From the sequence record DRR378314_1708: a DNA stretch of 36,730 nt. One strand, written 5' to 3'. The translations under genes were made by a program, and so were the position numbers. Positions 18,244 through 27,771 of the stretch are shown in pieces. The number at the start of each line of letters is the position of its first letter. Position 1 is the first letter of the stretch. The notes beneath the pieces were generated by a model. It saw nothing but the letters and a program-made list of their open reading frames with translations. It had not been told where the DNA came from and made no database searches.

Positions 18244-18807
18244 TTACCCATCCTGTTGCACGGCCCGTGCGCTCCGCACCTCATCACGCAGTTTTCCCAT
18301 CAACTGCACCAGCAGCTTCTGATAAAGCCCGTCCTGCAGCCGCCCGGTGTCACCAAATTCTGCTTGTGGGTTCGCCATCATAACCTCTGGCCCGGTAAGC
18401 AACCGGGGCTGAAACGGGTTCAGCGCGAGGCGAAGCGCATATTGCGCACGTGCCCCGCCCGCACGTCCCGCTGCCGCAGACATGATCGCCACCGGTTTCC
18501 CTTGCCAAGGGTTGGTTTCCACCCGGCTGACCCAATCAAGCATGTTCTTCAAAACGCCGGACAGGGATTGGTTATACTCAGGCGTTGAGATCACAACCGC
18601 ATCCGCAGCGCCGATCTGTTCGGCAAGCATTTCAATCGCTTGGGGGATTCCGTCAGCGGTTTCCACATCCCCGTTATACAGGGGCAGATCAAGGTCCGCC
18701 CAAACCTGTTTCGCGCCAAAATGCCGGGCTGCCTCTGCGGCCAGCATCCGGTTAAAAGAGGCACGGCGAAGAGAGCCACTGATCAATAGAAGCGATGGAT
18801 TAGTCAT
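18244..18807 (-). CDS. NADPH-dependent FMN reductase
   Basis: ISGSLRRASFN, TPEYNQSLSGVLKNMLDWVSR, GKPVAIMSA. ATG 18807 follows AAAGGA. Confidence 0.93.
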   Translation of the reverse strand: MTNPSLLLISGSLRRASFNRMLAAEAARHFGAKQVWADLDLPLYNGDVETADGIPQAIEMLAEQIGAADAVVISTPEYNQSLSGVLKNMLDWVSRVETNPWQGKPVAIMSAAAGRAGGARAQYALRLALNPFQPRLLTGPEVMMANPQAEFGDTGRLQDGLYQKLLVQLMGKLRDEVRSARAVQQDG

Positions 18808-18856
18808 GTTTTGTCCTTTCGACAAAGAGATGCCCACTGAACTGGGCGGCGAGGGT

Positions 18857-19516
18857 TTAAGGTGCCGGGTCAATCCAGCCGACAGTGATCCGGCGTGCAA
18901 ACCCGTGGCGGTTCTGCGCCACATCCAGCATTGCAGCGGCAAAATCTGTGTACGAAATCTGTGAATCGCCAGCGGCATCCGTGACCAATGTATCAGTACC
19001 AAATGCATATTCTGCACTGCGCTGATCGGGCAAAAGCATGGCTGGCGGCCTGAGGCAGGTCCATGCCACCTCCGGTGAGTTTTCCAACAATGCATCCTGC
19101 TTGGCGCATGCTTCTGCAACAGGACGCACCGCATCGGGCAGGAAATCCGGGGCGCTCAAAACCGTATGCCCAGAACCATCCGCCAGTTTGAGCAGGGCAG
19201 CACCGCCTGTCACAATCACCGGAACACTGGTGGCCAATGAAGCCTGTAGCACCTTTTCGGTTAACGTAACCAGCAGGCTTTCTTGTCCCTCATCGGGCCG
19301 CAGGGCGCTGATGATCATGTCATGCCCTGCCACACTCCCGGCAATAGAATGTTCGGCCAAGAAAAGATCGGTGCAAATGGTTTGCGCCTTCGATGGCAAT
19401 GTCGCCAGCTTGCTCTCTGAGCGGCCAAGTGCGGTGATCTGATGACCGCGTGCCAATGCCGCGTCAACAACCTTGCGCCCGACATCGCCGGTTGCGCCAA
19501 AAACGATAATTTTCAT
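18857..19516 (-). CDS. NAD(P)-dependent oxidoreductase (atypical SDR, flavin reductase-like)
   Basis: MKIIVFGATGDVG, VTGGAA.L, WTCLRPP, SQISYTDFAAAMLD. Confidence 0.9.
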   Translation of the reverse strand: MKIIVFGATGDVGRKVVDAALARGHQITALGRSESKLATLPSKAQTICTDLFLAEHSIAGSVAGHDMIISALRPDEGQESLLVTLTEKVLQASLATSVPVIVTGGAALLKLADGSGHTVLSAPDFLPDAVRPVAEACAKQDALLENSPEVAWTCLRPPAMLLPDQRSAEYAFGTDTLVTDAAGDSQISYTDFAAAMLDVAQNRHGFARRITVGWIDPAP

Positions 19517-20409
19517 ACTGTTATTCCTGATTTATGCGATATTTCGGTGGCGCTGCGCCCTGCCCGTTGCCCCATCCAGACACTGGCGAGGACGATGGCC
19601 GCGCCGATCCCTTGAACCGGGGTCATGACCTGACCCAGCAGGGCCCAGCCCAGCAAGACTGCGGTCAGGGGACTGAGAAACCCAAAGGCGGTGACTGTTG
19701 CGGGTCCAAATTTAGCGATGCCGCGAAACCATAGGAAATAGGTCAGTGCGGCACCGATCAGGCCAAGCCATGCAAATCCGGCAATGTTTGTGGCGGTTAA
19801 CCTCGGCAAGGCCGGTTCAAGCATCAGGCTGAACGGCAAAAGCAACAGACCACCAGCGGCCAACTGCCACGCGGTAAAGCTGAGGGCAGACACCGGTGGT
19901 TGCCATTTTCGAGTTAACACCGTGCCTGCAGCCATTGAGGCTGCACCCGCCAAAGCCGCCAGAATGCCGACGGGATCTGCAGCAACGTTCGGCCCCAGAA
20001 CCAGCAGCGCAACACCAACCAACCCGGCCAGCGCGGCAGCAATCCCCAGGGCGTTCATCTCGCGACCCAATGCAAATCGCGCGAGCAAAAGAACCAAAAG
20101 CGGCTGAACCGCCCCAAGAGTTGCCGCCAGGCCACCGGGCAGGCGGTAGGCCGCAACAAACAACATCGCCCAGAAAATCGAAAAGTTAAGCGCCCCAAGG
20201 ATAAATACACGCCCGTACCACCCCATCGGCGGAAACACCCGCGTCCATGCCAGAAGGATAAGCCCAGCAGGCAGCGCCCGCAGCATCGCAACCGTCAGCG
20301 GCATGTCCTGCGGCAGCATTTGGGTGGTGACGATGTAGCTGCTTCCCCAGATGGCCGGGGCAAGCGCCGTAAGAAAGAGGTCGGTACGTTGTGGCATGGG
20401 AATCTCCAT
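19513..20409 (-). CDS. pecM: EamA/DMT family transporter, PecM-like
   Basis: LTALAPAIWGSSYIVTT...RALPAG...AAYRLPGGLAATLGAVQPL. Divergent from a PecS-like gene. The start could also be 20397. Confidence 0.82.
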   Translation of the reverse strand: MEIPMPQRTDLFLTALAPAIWGSSYIVTTQMLPQDMPLTVAMLRALPAGLILLAWTRVFPPMGWYGRVFILGALNFSIFWAMLFVAAYRLPGGLAATLGAVQPLLVLLLARFALGREMNALGIAAALAGLVGVALLVLGPNVAADPVGILAALAGAASMAAGTVLTRKWQPPVSALSFTAWQLAAGGLLLLPFSLMLEPALPRLTATNIAGFAWLGLIGAALTYFLWFRGIAKFGPATVTAFGFLSPLTAVLLGWALLGQVMTPVQGIGAAIVLASVWMGQRAGRSATEISHKSGITV

Positions 20410-20453
20410 TATCTTGACGTCAAGATAATATTAAATCTCTTGAGGTCAAGATA
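20408..20453. promoter_or_regulatory. Tandem PecS/UrtR-type operator palindromes
   Basis: Perfect 22-bp palindrome ATTATCTTGACGTCAAGATAAT (20408-20429) and a 16/18 copy TCTCTTGAGGTCAAGATA (20436-20453). Confidence 0.85.
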
Positions 20454-20474
20454 AATTACCGCTAGTGTTCTCAT

Positions 20475-20969
20475 ATGGATGCAGTTGATCAAATTCTTGC
20501 TCAGTGGAACGCGGCCCGCCCGGATTTGAATGTGCGCGCGATGGGCCCCCTCGGGCGCTTTAAACGGGTCGCTCAGATATTTAACCGTGAGATGGGCGTT
20601 ACCTTTGAGAAATACGGGCTGAATGCTGCGGGTTTTGATGTTCTGGCAACCCTGCGCCGAACACCCCCACATGCGCTTTCTGCTGGCGAATTGATGTCTT
20701 CGATGATGATCACCTCAGGGACAATGACCAACCGTATTGACCAATTGGCAAAGTCAGGATTGGTCCGCCGAACCGCTGACCCCAAGGATGCACGCAAAGC
20801 CGTGGTGCAGCTGACAGAGGCGGGCCGAAGCCTGATCGACCAAGCTGTGTCAGAGCACGTCAAAACCCAGGCCGGTCTCTTGGCGCGGCTTGAGGAAGAA
20901 GAAATATCAACGCTGGATCAGATTTTGCGAAAGCTGTTGAGTGAAGAGAAGCCCGCGTCAGAGGAATAG
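20475..20969 (+). CDS. pecS: MarR family regulator, PecS/UrtR-like
   Basis: DAVDQILAQW..RPDL N-terminal helix, FDVLATLRR, MMITSGTMTNRIDQL, DPKDAR. Confidence 0.82.
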   Translation: MDAVDQILAQWNAARPDLNVRAMGPLGRFKRVAQIFNREMGVTFEKYGLNAAGFDVLATLRRTPPHALSAGELMSSMMITSGTMTNRIDQLAKSGLVRRTADPKDARKAVVQLTEAGRSLIDQAVSEHVKTQAGLLARLEEEEISTLDQILRKLLSEEKPASEE

Positions 20970-21004
20970 CCTTCCTTCCGACAAGAGTAGACGGTTTCAG
21001 GACA

Positions 21005-21637
21005 TTAACGTTGACCGTCAAGGATTAGCCGTGCGGCAAGCCCGCTAAAGACCAGCCCAAGTAAATACCGCGCCCATGTCGTAAAGCTGCGCCCCTTCAC
21101 AGAAAGTGCCCGCATGCCACCGGCAAGCCAGATCACCACGCCATGAACCGCGAAATCAATGATCAGGAAAATGCCCGCCAAAACCAGAACCTGAAAAGCA
21201 ACAGCACCTTTTGCGGGATCGAGAAACTGCGGGAAAAGAGCCAGATAAAACAGGGCGACTTTCGGGTTTAACACATTCGAAAGAAAGCCCTGCCTGAAAA
21301 AAATAAAATATGACTGCCGCGGGTTCGTGGTTGACTGAACGGAAAAATCATCAGGCGCAGTAAACGCCTGCCAAGCAAGATATAGCAGATAAGCCGCGCC
21401 AAGGAACCTAACCAAATCATACGCATAAGGGACGGCGAGAAACAACTGCGCCAGACCGAGCGCAAGAATGATGGCATGAAAGGCGGATCCTGCAGAGACA
21501 CCAAATTGCGTCACAACCCCTGCCATTCGCCCTTGCGCCGTACTTCTGGCAGCCACCAAAATCATGTCGGGGCCAGGTGTCACTGCCAGCGCAAAACTGG
21601 CTGCGCTGAAAACCAAGACTGTATCAATGTCCATCAT
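21005..21637 (-). CDS. LysE/RhtB family translocator
   Basis: TPGPDM, GAAYLLYLAW, FRQGFLSNVLNPKVALFYLALFPQF. Confidence 0.92.
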   Translation of the reverse strand: MMDIDTVLVFSAASFALAVTPGPDMILVAARSTAQGRMAGVVTQFGVSAGSAFHAIILALGLAQLFLAVPYAYDLVRFLGAAYLLYLAWQAFTAPDDFSVQSTTNPRQSYFIFFRQGFLSNVLNPKVALFYLALFPQFLDPAKGAVAFQVLVLAGIFLIIDFAVHGVVIWLAGGMRALSVKGRSFTTWARYLLGLVFSGLAARLILDGQR

Positions 21638-21892
21638 CTGCTGTCTGTTCCCATTTAGGTTTGACTATCCTCGTCGGGATACCCGGCTGCACAGACGCTA
21701 TCAGCTTTCCTCCTCATAGTTCAAAAATAACGACATGGGCTAAGACTGGTGATAAACAGAGATGGAACGCACAGAAGGCCGCAGGTAGCCCAAGAATACC
21801 GCGCCGACATACTTACACTGCGTCGGCAACCTTCCAATAAAAAATTCAAACAGTCTTTGGCACGCAGGATTATAAGCTTGTACTTCATGACA

Positions 21893-21907
21893 TTAACCAT
21901 CCGTTAA
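21893..21907. promoter_or_regulatory. CtrA-type binding box upstream of the sigma factor-fliK-flgD unit
   Basis: TTAA-CCATCCG-TTAA, an exact TTAA-N7-TTAA. Confidence 0.7.
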
Positions 21908-21990
21908 TCAGAATAATCTTTGCAAATTAGGGCAAACGTGATTGAGTTCTAAAAAAGTGACGACATAAAAAACGACCATTGGGCAGTGAC

Positions 21991-22665
21991 ATGACAATTT
22001 CCTACGCGTCCGCAAGGAACGCGCCCATTCTTGAATGGGCGGACGAGCGCCGCTTGATCGAAGGCTGGCAAAGAAGAAAAGACAAGTTTGCACTGGAAAA
22101 GTTGCTTTTGTCCCACGTGCGGATCGTTTTCGCCTGGGTGCGGAAACTTAGCACTGACAAAGCGGAACAAGAGGAAATGCTGTCCGAGGGTATCCTTGGG
22201 CTGATCAAAGCGGCAGATATGTTTGATCTTGCAAGAGAGGTACGATTTTCGACCTATGCCCGTTGGTGGGTCAAGAATAGTGTCCTGTCTGCATTTGAAC
22301 GGCTGAGGTCCATCGTTGAGATGCCCGCTGGCATGCGCGCAGAGGATGGGCAACAGATCAAACAAAGCACAGATCTGTTTGACATGCTGGTATGCGACGA
22401 TCCAACGCCGGAAGAACGGATGATCGCACTCTCCTCGCGGGATCTGTTGCGCAAACATTTGGCGGAGGCTCTGACTGGATTAGGCGAGATTGATCGGGAC
22501 GTGGTGACAAGCCGGACATTAAAACAGCCTTCAGAGACAATCGACGATCTGGCAGCACGGCTGAAAATGAACAGCACGAAATTAAGACAGATCGAACGCA
22601 GGGCAATGTCACGCCTGAAAAACGAGCTTTTGGCCCGTGGCGTCACGACAAGCAGAGCGGAATAA
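21991..22665 (+). CDS. Sigma-70 family RNA polymerase sigma factor, shortened RpoH-like
   Basis: Region 1.2-like APILEWADERRL. Region 2 SHVRIV...LSEGILGLIKAADMFD...RFSTYARWWV. Region 4 TIDDLAARL...LRQIERRAMSRLK. Confidence 0.88.
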   Translation: MTISYASARNAPILEWADERRLIEGWQRRKDKFALEKLLLSHVRIVFAWVRKLSTDKAEQEEMLSEGILGLIKAADMFDLAREVRFSTYARWWVKNSVLSAFERLRSIVEMPAGMRAEDGQQIKQSTDLFDMLVCDDPTPEERMIALSSRDLLRKHLAEALTGLGEIDRDVVTSRTLKQPSETIDDLAARLKMNSTKLRQIERRAMSRLKNELLARGVTTSRAE

Positions 22666-22666
22666 C

Positions 22667-24364
22667 GTGATCCAACCCATTCTCCCTACGGCCTCGGCCA
22701 AATCGCCGAATGCGGCCAAGCCAGCGGCCGCCACTACTGGGTTTGCCGCTCTTGTGCAGCTTGCCCCGCAGCCCGGCACACCAGCGACGAAGGGGACGAA
22801 GGCGGCTGTTCCCGAGACCGCAGGCACGATTACCCCAGAGACATCCGGCGAGGGGCAAAAGGTATTTCTGGAGGGTCTTGAGACCACTTTATTATCCGAT
22901 GACAGCGAAACGTCCGCAGACGCCGTTGCGACGACTTTGAACGCCAGCGCAGTGGCTGCCGCGGAAATAGTTGAGGGTGATGCGGATTTGGCGGCGGAGA
23001 TGCTGCCGTTGACCGTTGTGGCACCTGATGCTGCTGCCCCGCCCCCGCAAGTAGGCGCAGCGATGGCGACCTCAGGCGTACCAACTTCCAATAAAAACGC
23101 ACAGCCTTCACAGCTCCACCATACAAACATCATCGGCGAGGAGACATCAACGGCACCCGCCGCACAGGCCGCCCCATCGGATGACGGCGTGGCAATAGAT
23201 GTGCTTGCACCACGACAGCCTCAGGGCCAGCCGGTAACCGCCGCGTTTGAAACGGCGCCTGTGTCCGGCAATGCGGGGTCACCAAAACCAGCGGAAGTCC
23301 CACAAGCGCAAGCACCCTTTGCCGCAAACCGCGCGACCCCCGCCCCGGCGTCCCCCACCCCACATGACGCCGTGCTTGCACCGGCAACACCAAAACAGCA
23401 GATGCCGCAAGCGGCAGCAGTAGACACGCCCGCGACCGCATCCATACAGGGAACGCCCCTGCAGCAACCGCAACCTACATCTTCCAACGCCACAAACGGG
23501 ATACTCTTGAAATCGGACAATTCGATTGTCCCCATCCCAACGGCAAGTCCCACTCAAGATTTGGCACAACCGAGTCCAACAGCCCCAAGGCTGCACGGGC
23601 AGACCTCTTCAGCTATGCCTGGACTCACTACGCTTTCCGGCCAAACCGCACATCTGACCGCCGTGCCACAGAGTGTTTTGCCCAAACCAGTAAACACCTT
23701 AAAGGACGCCCCCCTTACCACGGCCACATTGTCAAACGGCGATACCATGGAGCGCCCTGTCGTCGCCACCGAGGCCGGGTCAAAACCAACGTTTCTGATC
23801 GGACAGGACAAACAGGTAAACACCACGCCCACCCCAATCGCCAACAGCCTGCTGGGCCAACCCAGCGCCGAGCCGGAACAGATTACGCCCAGCAGCACGC
23901 AAGCCACAACGGGCGTGACCCCACAGGGTGCGACAGAAGCAGCGGCGACAGAGACCAGTGTTAAAGTCCCAGTGAAACCCTTTACCGAAGCGGTAATGGC
24001 GCAGATTAAATCGGTCGAAGCAACCCAGGGCCGCACCACGGTGAACCTCATTCCGCGTGGCTTGGGCAACATTGAGATCGAAGTGCTGTCTGACAAGGAC
24101 GGCGCGGCAAGAGTTGTGGTGCGTGTCGAGAACCCTGTTGTTCTGCAAGCCCTGCGCGACGACAGGCAGGTTTTGGCGCAAGCCATCGGTGTTTCCGACA
24201 GTGGCATCTTTGATTTTCAGGAACACAGCGCTAGCGAACAACCAGAGCGCCAGCGGGAGAATAGCCCCCAAGGCAGCGCCAGCTTTGTCGACGCGTCCGA
24301 AATGCAGCCAGAGGTGGGCCACCTTGATGTGGTTCAGGACGGCCACCTTGATATCATGACCTAA
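22667..24364 (+). CDS. fliK: Flagellar hook-length control protein
   Basis: Long Ala/Pro/Thr-rich low-complexity region. C-terminal T3S4 domain TTVNLIPRGLGNIEIEV...VENPVVLQALR. Directly upstream of flgD. Confidence 0.85.
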   Translation: MIQPILPTASAKSPNAAKPAAATTGFAALVQLAPQPGTPATKGTKAAVPETAGTITPETSGEGQKVFLEGLETTLLSDDSETSADAVATTLNASAVAAAEIVEGDADLAAEMLPLTVVAPDAAAPPPQVGAAMATSGVPTSNKNAQPSQLHHTNIIGEETSTAPAAQAAPSDDGVAIDVLAPRQPQGQPVTAAFETAPVSGNAGSPKPAEVPQAQAPFAANRATPAPASPTPHDAVLAPATPKQQMPQAAAVDTPATASIQGTPLQQPQPTSSNATNGILLKSDNSIVPIPTASPTQDLAQPSPTAPRLHGQTSSAMPGLTTLSGQTAHLTAVPQSVLPKPVNTLKDAPLTTATLSNGDTMERPVVATEAGSKPTFLIGQDKQVNTTPTPIANSLLGQPSAEPEQITPSSTQATTGVTPQGATEAAATETSVKVPVKPFTEAVMAQIKSVEATQGRTTVNLIPRGLGNIEIEVLSDKDGAARVVVRVENPVVLQALRDDRQVLAQAIGVSDSGIFDFQEHSASEQPERQRENSPQGSASFVDASEMQPEVGHLDVVQDGHLDIMT

Positions 24365-24377
24365 GAAGGATCAATCG

Positions 24378-25049
24378 ATGCTGACCAACCCCACGCTTAT
24401 TGACACAATTGGCGCTAACAACCAAAGCGCCGGCGCATCGTCTCTGTCCCAGCTTGGCGATGATTACAACAAGTTCCTGACTCTGCTCACGGCACAGATT
24501 TCCAATCAAGATCCCTTGGCACCTGTGGACAGCACTCAGTTCGTCGCGCAACTGGCACAGCTTTCTCAGGTCGAACAGGCCGTGCAGACCAACACGCAAT
24601 TGGAAGTGCTGAACACGCAGGTATCGGCGCTGATGAGCCTTGGCGGCACGGATCTGTTGGGGCGCGAGGTGTCGATCACGTCAAATGTGATGGATCTGGA
24701 AAACGGCAGCGTCAATTCGACCTATACGCTGGGCGCGGGTGCCGTCGAAGTATCAGCGCGCATCACCGACCCATTGGGCCGCATCGTACGTACCCTAGAG
24801 GGGCTGCCAAACACCGCAGGCCAACAGATACCACTGGATTGGGATGGCACTGACGACAATGGTACGCCAATGCTGGAGGGCGCCTATACCGTTGAGATGA
24901 TTGCGCTTGATGCAAGCGGTGCGCAGGTTGACAACGTCATGTCACGCAGCGCGATTGTTGAGGATGTTCGGTTCACTTCCGGCCAGATCCTGTTTGGCCT
25001 CAGCGGCGGTGAAGTGGTGTCCTCTGTGACGGTGCAGGCGGCAAGCTAG
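24378..25049 (+). CDS. flgD: Flagellar hook capping protein
   Basis: FLTLLTAQISNQDPLAPVDSTQFVAQLAQLSQVEQ and WDGTDDNG. Confidence 0.96.
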   Translation: MLTNPTLIDTIGANNQSAGASSLSQLGDDYNKFLTLLTAQISNQDPLAPVDSTQFVAQLAQLSQVEQAVQTNTQLEVLNTQVSALMSLGGTDLLGREVSITSNVMDLENGSVNSTYTLGAGAVEVSARITDPLGRIVRTLEGLPNTAGQQIPLDWDGTDDNGTPMLEGAYTVEMIALDASGAQVDNVMSRSAIVEDVRFTSGQILFGLSGGEVVSSVTVQAAS

Positions 25050-25051
25050 GA

Positions 25052-25516
25052 TCAACCACCTGTATTCAGATTGGTAAGAAGCTTGTTCACCCGTGCCGTG
25101 CGGACGGTCGGGAAATTCACATAGAGCTTGCGCACCAGCATTTCCGAAAGGGCAACCTTGCCCCCTTCTCCGGTGATCGCGTCGTGAAAAGTGATATTGG
25201 ACTCTGCCAAATCCGCAATTGCTACAACTGTCGCATCTCGCAACCGGGCCCGGCCAACAGCGCCGTTGATCTCCTGAAACGCAACCGCACCCATCACATA
25301 GACATCAATGTCGAATTTCAGATTCAGGGTTTGCTGGCCCTGGGGCAACTGCACAGTAAACCCACCCAGCGGCATCTTGTACAGCAGGCCACCGGCCTTG
25401 TCAGCATCAGAGGTTTCGCCAGCCGGCGCTTTGGCCATTCGAAAAAACCGCTCTCCGAAATACCCAAGGGCACCTGCCCCGGCGACCATCACAACCATGA
25501 TCAGAATTTTGAACAT
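25052..25516 (-). CDS. FliL-like flagellar basal body-associated protein
   Basis: Single N-terminal TM, FTVQL, RLRD..V..I motif. Lies downstream of flgH. Confidence 0.6.
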   Translation of the reverse strand: MFKILIMVVMVAGAGALGYFGERFFRMAKAPAGETSDADKAGGLLYKMPLGGFTVQLPQGQQTLNLKFDIDVYVMGAVAFQEINGAVGRARLRDATVVAIADLAESNITFHDAITGEGGKVALSEMLVRKLYVNFPTVRTARVNKLLTNLNTGG

Positions 25517-25528
25517 CAGATCAAAGGA

Positions 25529-26266
25529 TCAATAAGGCAGAATAACTTCAAGAACATCCTCCCCGACGCGTGGGCTTTGAACCGCTGAAATCTGCCCCCT
25601 GCCGCCGTAGGAAATCCGCGCCTCTGCAATCTTGTCGTAATCAATCGTGTTGTTCACATTGATGTCGGCCCCGCGAATAATGCCCGCGATGCGCAATTCG
25701 CGCAGTTCCGAGTTCACCTTGACCTCTTGGCGCCCGGCGATGACATAGTTTTCATTCGGCAGCTTTTCGATGATCAGCGCGGCCACCCGCAGGCTGATCG
25801 CCTCATTCCGTCGGATAGAGCCTTCGCCGTTGGATTCCGAACTGCTTTCCAGCTCCAGCAGTTTGCCGCTGTTGGTGGACAGATCAAAATTCAGGATATC
25901 GGGGTCACCGACCTCCTGTTTGGCACCGCGGCTGCGGCCTGATTTGTTTTGCAGCTGTGCGCGATCATCGATTTCGATCAGCACTGTCACCAGATCCCCC
26001 ACATCAGTGGCCCGGCGGTCGGTGAAATAGCTGGTGGTGGTATTGGACCAAAGACTGGCGGCCTCCGCCCGTTTTGGCGGCAGCTTTACCGCCGGAGGGG
26101 CCATGGGCACGCTGATCCGGTTGACCTCGTTCATGCTGGATGGATCCAGCACCAGATTGCTGACCTCCGGGTTGCGGTTTTCCTCAAATTGGGCGCAGGC
26201 CCCCAGCATCAGCAAGGGCAATGGGAGGATAAGGCGGGCATGCCGAAAGAACGTGTTTTTGATCAC
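25529..26266 (-). CDS. flgH: Flagellar L-ring protein
   Basis: Lipobox LGAC, DRRATDVGDLVTVLI, KIAEARISYGGRGQI, C-terminal ILPY. Confidence 0.96.
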   Translation of the reverse strand: MIKNTFFRHARLILPLPLLMLGACAQFEENRNPEVSNLVLDPSSMNEVNRISVPMAPPAVKLPPKRAEAASLWSNTTTSYFTDRRATDVGDLVTVLIEIDDRAQLQNKSGRSRGAKQEVGDPDILNFDLSTNSGKLLELESSSESNGEGSIRRNEAISLRVAALIIEKLPNENYVIAGRQEVKVNSELRELRIAGIIRGADINVNNTIDYDKIAEARISYGGRGQISAVQSPRVGEDVLEVILPY

Positions 26267-26952
26267 TGTGTCACCTCGACAATACCCTGGGTGGTTGCGA
26301 TTGCAGAAATCGCTTTGTTGCTCGACAGGTTTACCACCCTTATTTCTTGGCCCGCATGGGCATCCGCCATGGCGCGGCCCGCAGCCGTCAATTGCAAACC
26401 ACCATAGCTGAGCAAAATCTTAACCTTGTCACCACGGTTCACGATGACCGGCGGAATCACAGACTGGCGCGGCACAGGGCGTCCCGCCACCAACATGCGT
26501 CGCACCTGCTGCCCGACCAGCGCATCAGCCGAATTGATTGCGAAATTCCCGATCCGTTGCAGCGGCATTTCAACCATTGTCAGATCAGCCGCTGTCACGA
26601 TCTCTTCGGGCATGATGCGGCGCGAGGGCACAGGGACCTGAACCGTCATGACGGCAACGCCCCAAACCCTGTGGGTTTCACCATATTCGGTAAAGATGTT
26701 CGCAATGAATTGCCCGCTGTCAGGGTCAATCCAGAACTCTTTGATAAACTCGCCTTCCTGAACGGCCCCTTCGGCCATACGGATTTCGATACGTCCGTTG
26801 GCAGGGATCTGCGTGTCCAGCTCTGACAGCGTGCGTTCTTCAATCAGATCGACCACTTTCATGGTGCTTGCGACGGCAGGGATCGCCAGCAAAAGCTGGC
26901 TGGCAACCACCATCATCAAAAAGGAAAATCGCGTCATGTAACGGCGTGCCAT
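26263..26952 (-). CDS. flgA: Flagellar P-ring assembly chaperone
   Basis: SAF-like domain and VNRGDKV...GLQLTAAGRAM...GQEIRVVNLSSNK. Confidence 0.93.
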   Translation of the reverse strand: MARRYMTRFSFLMMVVASQLLLAIPAVASTMKVVDLIEERTLSELDTQIPANGRIEIRMAEGAVQEGEFIKEFWIDPDSGQFIANIFTEYGETHRVWGVAVMTVQVPVPSRRIMPEEIVTAADLTMVEMPLQRIGNFAINSADALVGQQVRRMLVAGRPVPRQSVIPPVIVNRGDKVKILLSYGGLQLTAAGRAMADAHAGQEIRVVNLSSNKAISAIATTQGIVEVTQ

Positions 26953-26962
26953 CAGCCCCTCA

Positions 26963-27748
26963 CTATTTGATCTGGTTGGTTGTGGTCATGATCTGATCAG
27001 CGGTTTCAATCGCCTTTGAATTCATCTCATAGGCCCGTTGGGCAGAAATAAGATCGGTAATCTGCTGGATGATGTTCACATTCGAATTTTCAAGATATCC
27101 CTGCCGTGTCACCCCAACGCCGGGATCGCCGGGGGTGGCCTCGACCGGTTCACCCGAGGCAGAAGTTGCCGCCAAAAGGTTGTCCCCCATCGGCTTCAGC
27201 CCTGCCTGGTTAAGGAAGGTGGCCAAAGTGACCTGCCCCAGTTCAACCGGCTCCGCCTCATTTTCGATATAGGCCATTACCACACCATTTTGATTGATCT
27301 CGACCTGCCGGGTCAGCTCCGGCACCACAATTGCCGGTTCAACCTCGTAACCGTTCAAGGTCACCAGCTGACCTTCGGCACTGAGCTGAAAATTACCGTC
27401 GCGGGTGTAGGCCTGCGTGCCATCCGGCCGGTTCACAATGAAATAGCCGTTGCCGTCAATCGCCATATCAAGCTGATTTTCAGTTTGCACCAGCCCGCCT
27501 TGGGTGTTGTGGCGGATCACACCTGCGGCCTGTACACCCAAACCGATATCCGTCCCCACTGGCCGCGCCGTGCCTTCTTCGGAGGTCAGCGCCCCGGCAC
27601 TGTTCACGCTTTGATAGATCAGATCCTGAAACGCGGCGCGCCCGCTTTTGAAACCTGTCGTATTGGCGTTGGCGATGTTGTTGGCAATGACATCGACGTT
27701 TGTTTGCTGTGCCAACATGCCGGTTGCGGCAATTCCAAGTGCTTTCAT
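26963..27748 (-). CDS. flgG: Flagellar distal rod protein
   Basis: AATGMLAQQTNVDVIANNIANANTTGFK...AFQDLIYQ and QRAYEMNSKAI. Confidence 0.97.
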   Translation of the reverse strand: MKALGIAATGMLAQQTNVDVIANNIANANTTGFKSGRAAFQDLIYQSVNSAGALTSEEGTARPVGTDIGLGVQAAGVIRHNTQGGLVQTENQLDMAIDGNGYFIVNRPDGTQAYTRDGNFQLSAEGQLVTLNGYEVEPAIVVPELTRQVEINQNGVVMAYIENEAEPVELGQVTLATFLNQAGLKPMGDNLLAATSASGEPVEATPGDPGVGVTRQGYLENSNVNIIQQITDLISAQRAYEMNSKAIETADQIMTTTNQIK

Positions 27749-27771
27749 GTGCTGCTCCTATGCGCCCGTGA

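Noticed and set aside
18808-19134. Long N-terminal extension of the FMN reductase ORF
   Set aside because: Overlaps the upstream oxidoreductase in another frame; an RBS and family-typical start lie at 18807, so there is no evidence of a frameshift or fusion.
22667-23960. Low-complexity Ala/Pro/Thr region suggesting an adhesin or repeat protein
   Set aside because: Expected for the FliK ruler region; no true tandem DNA repeats were seen.
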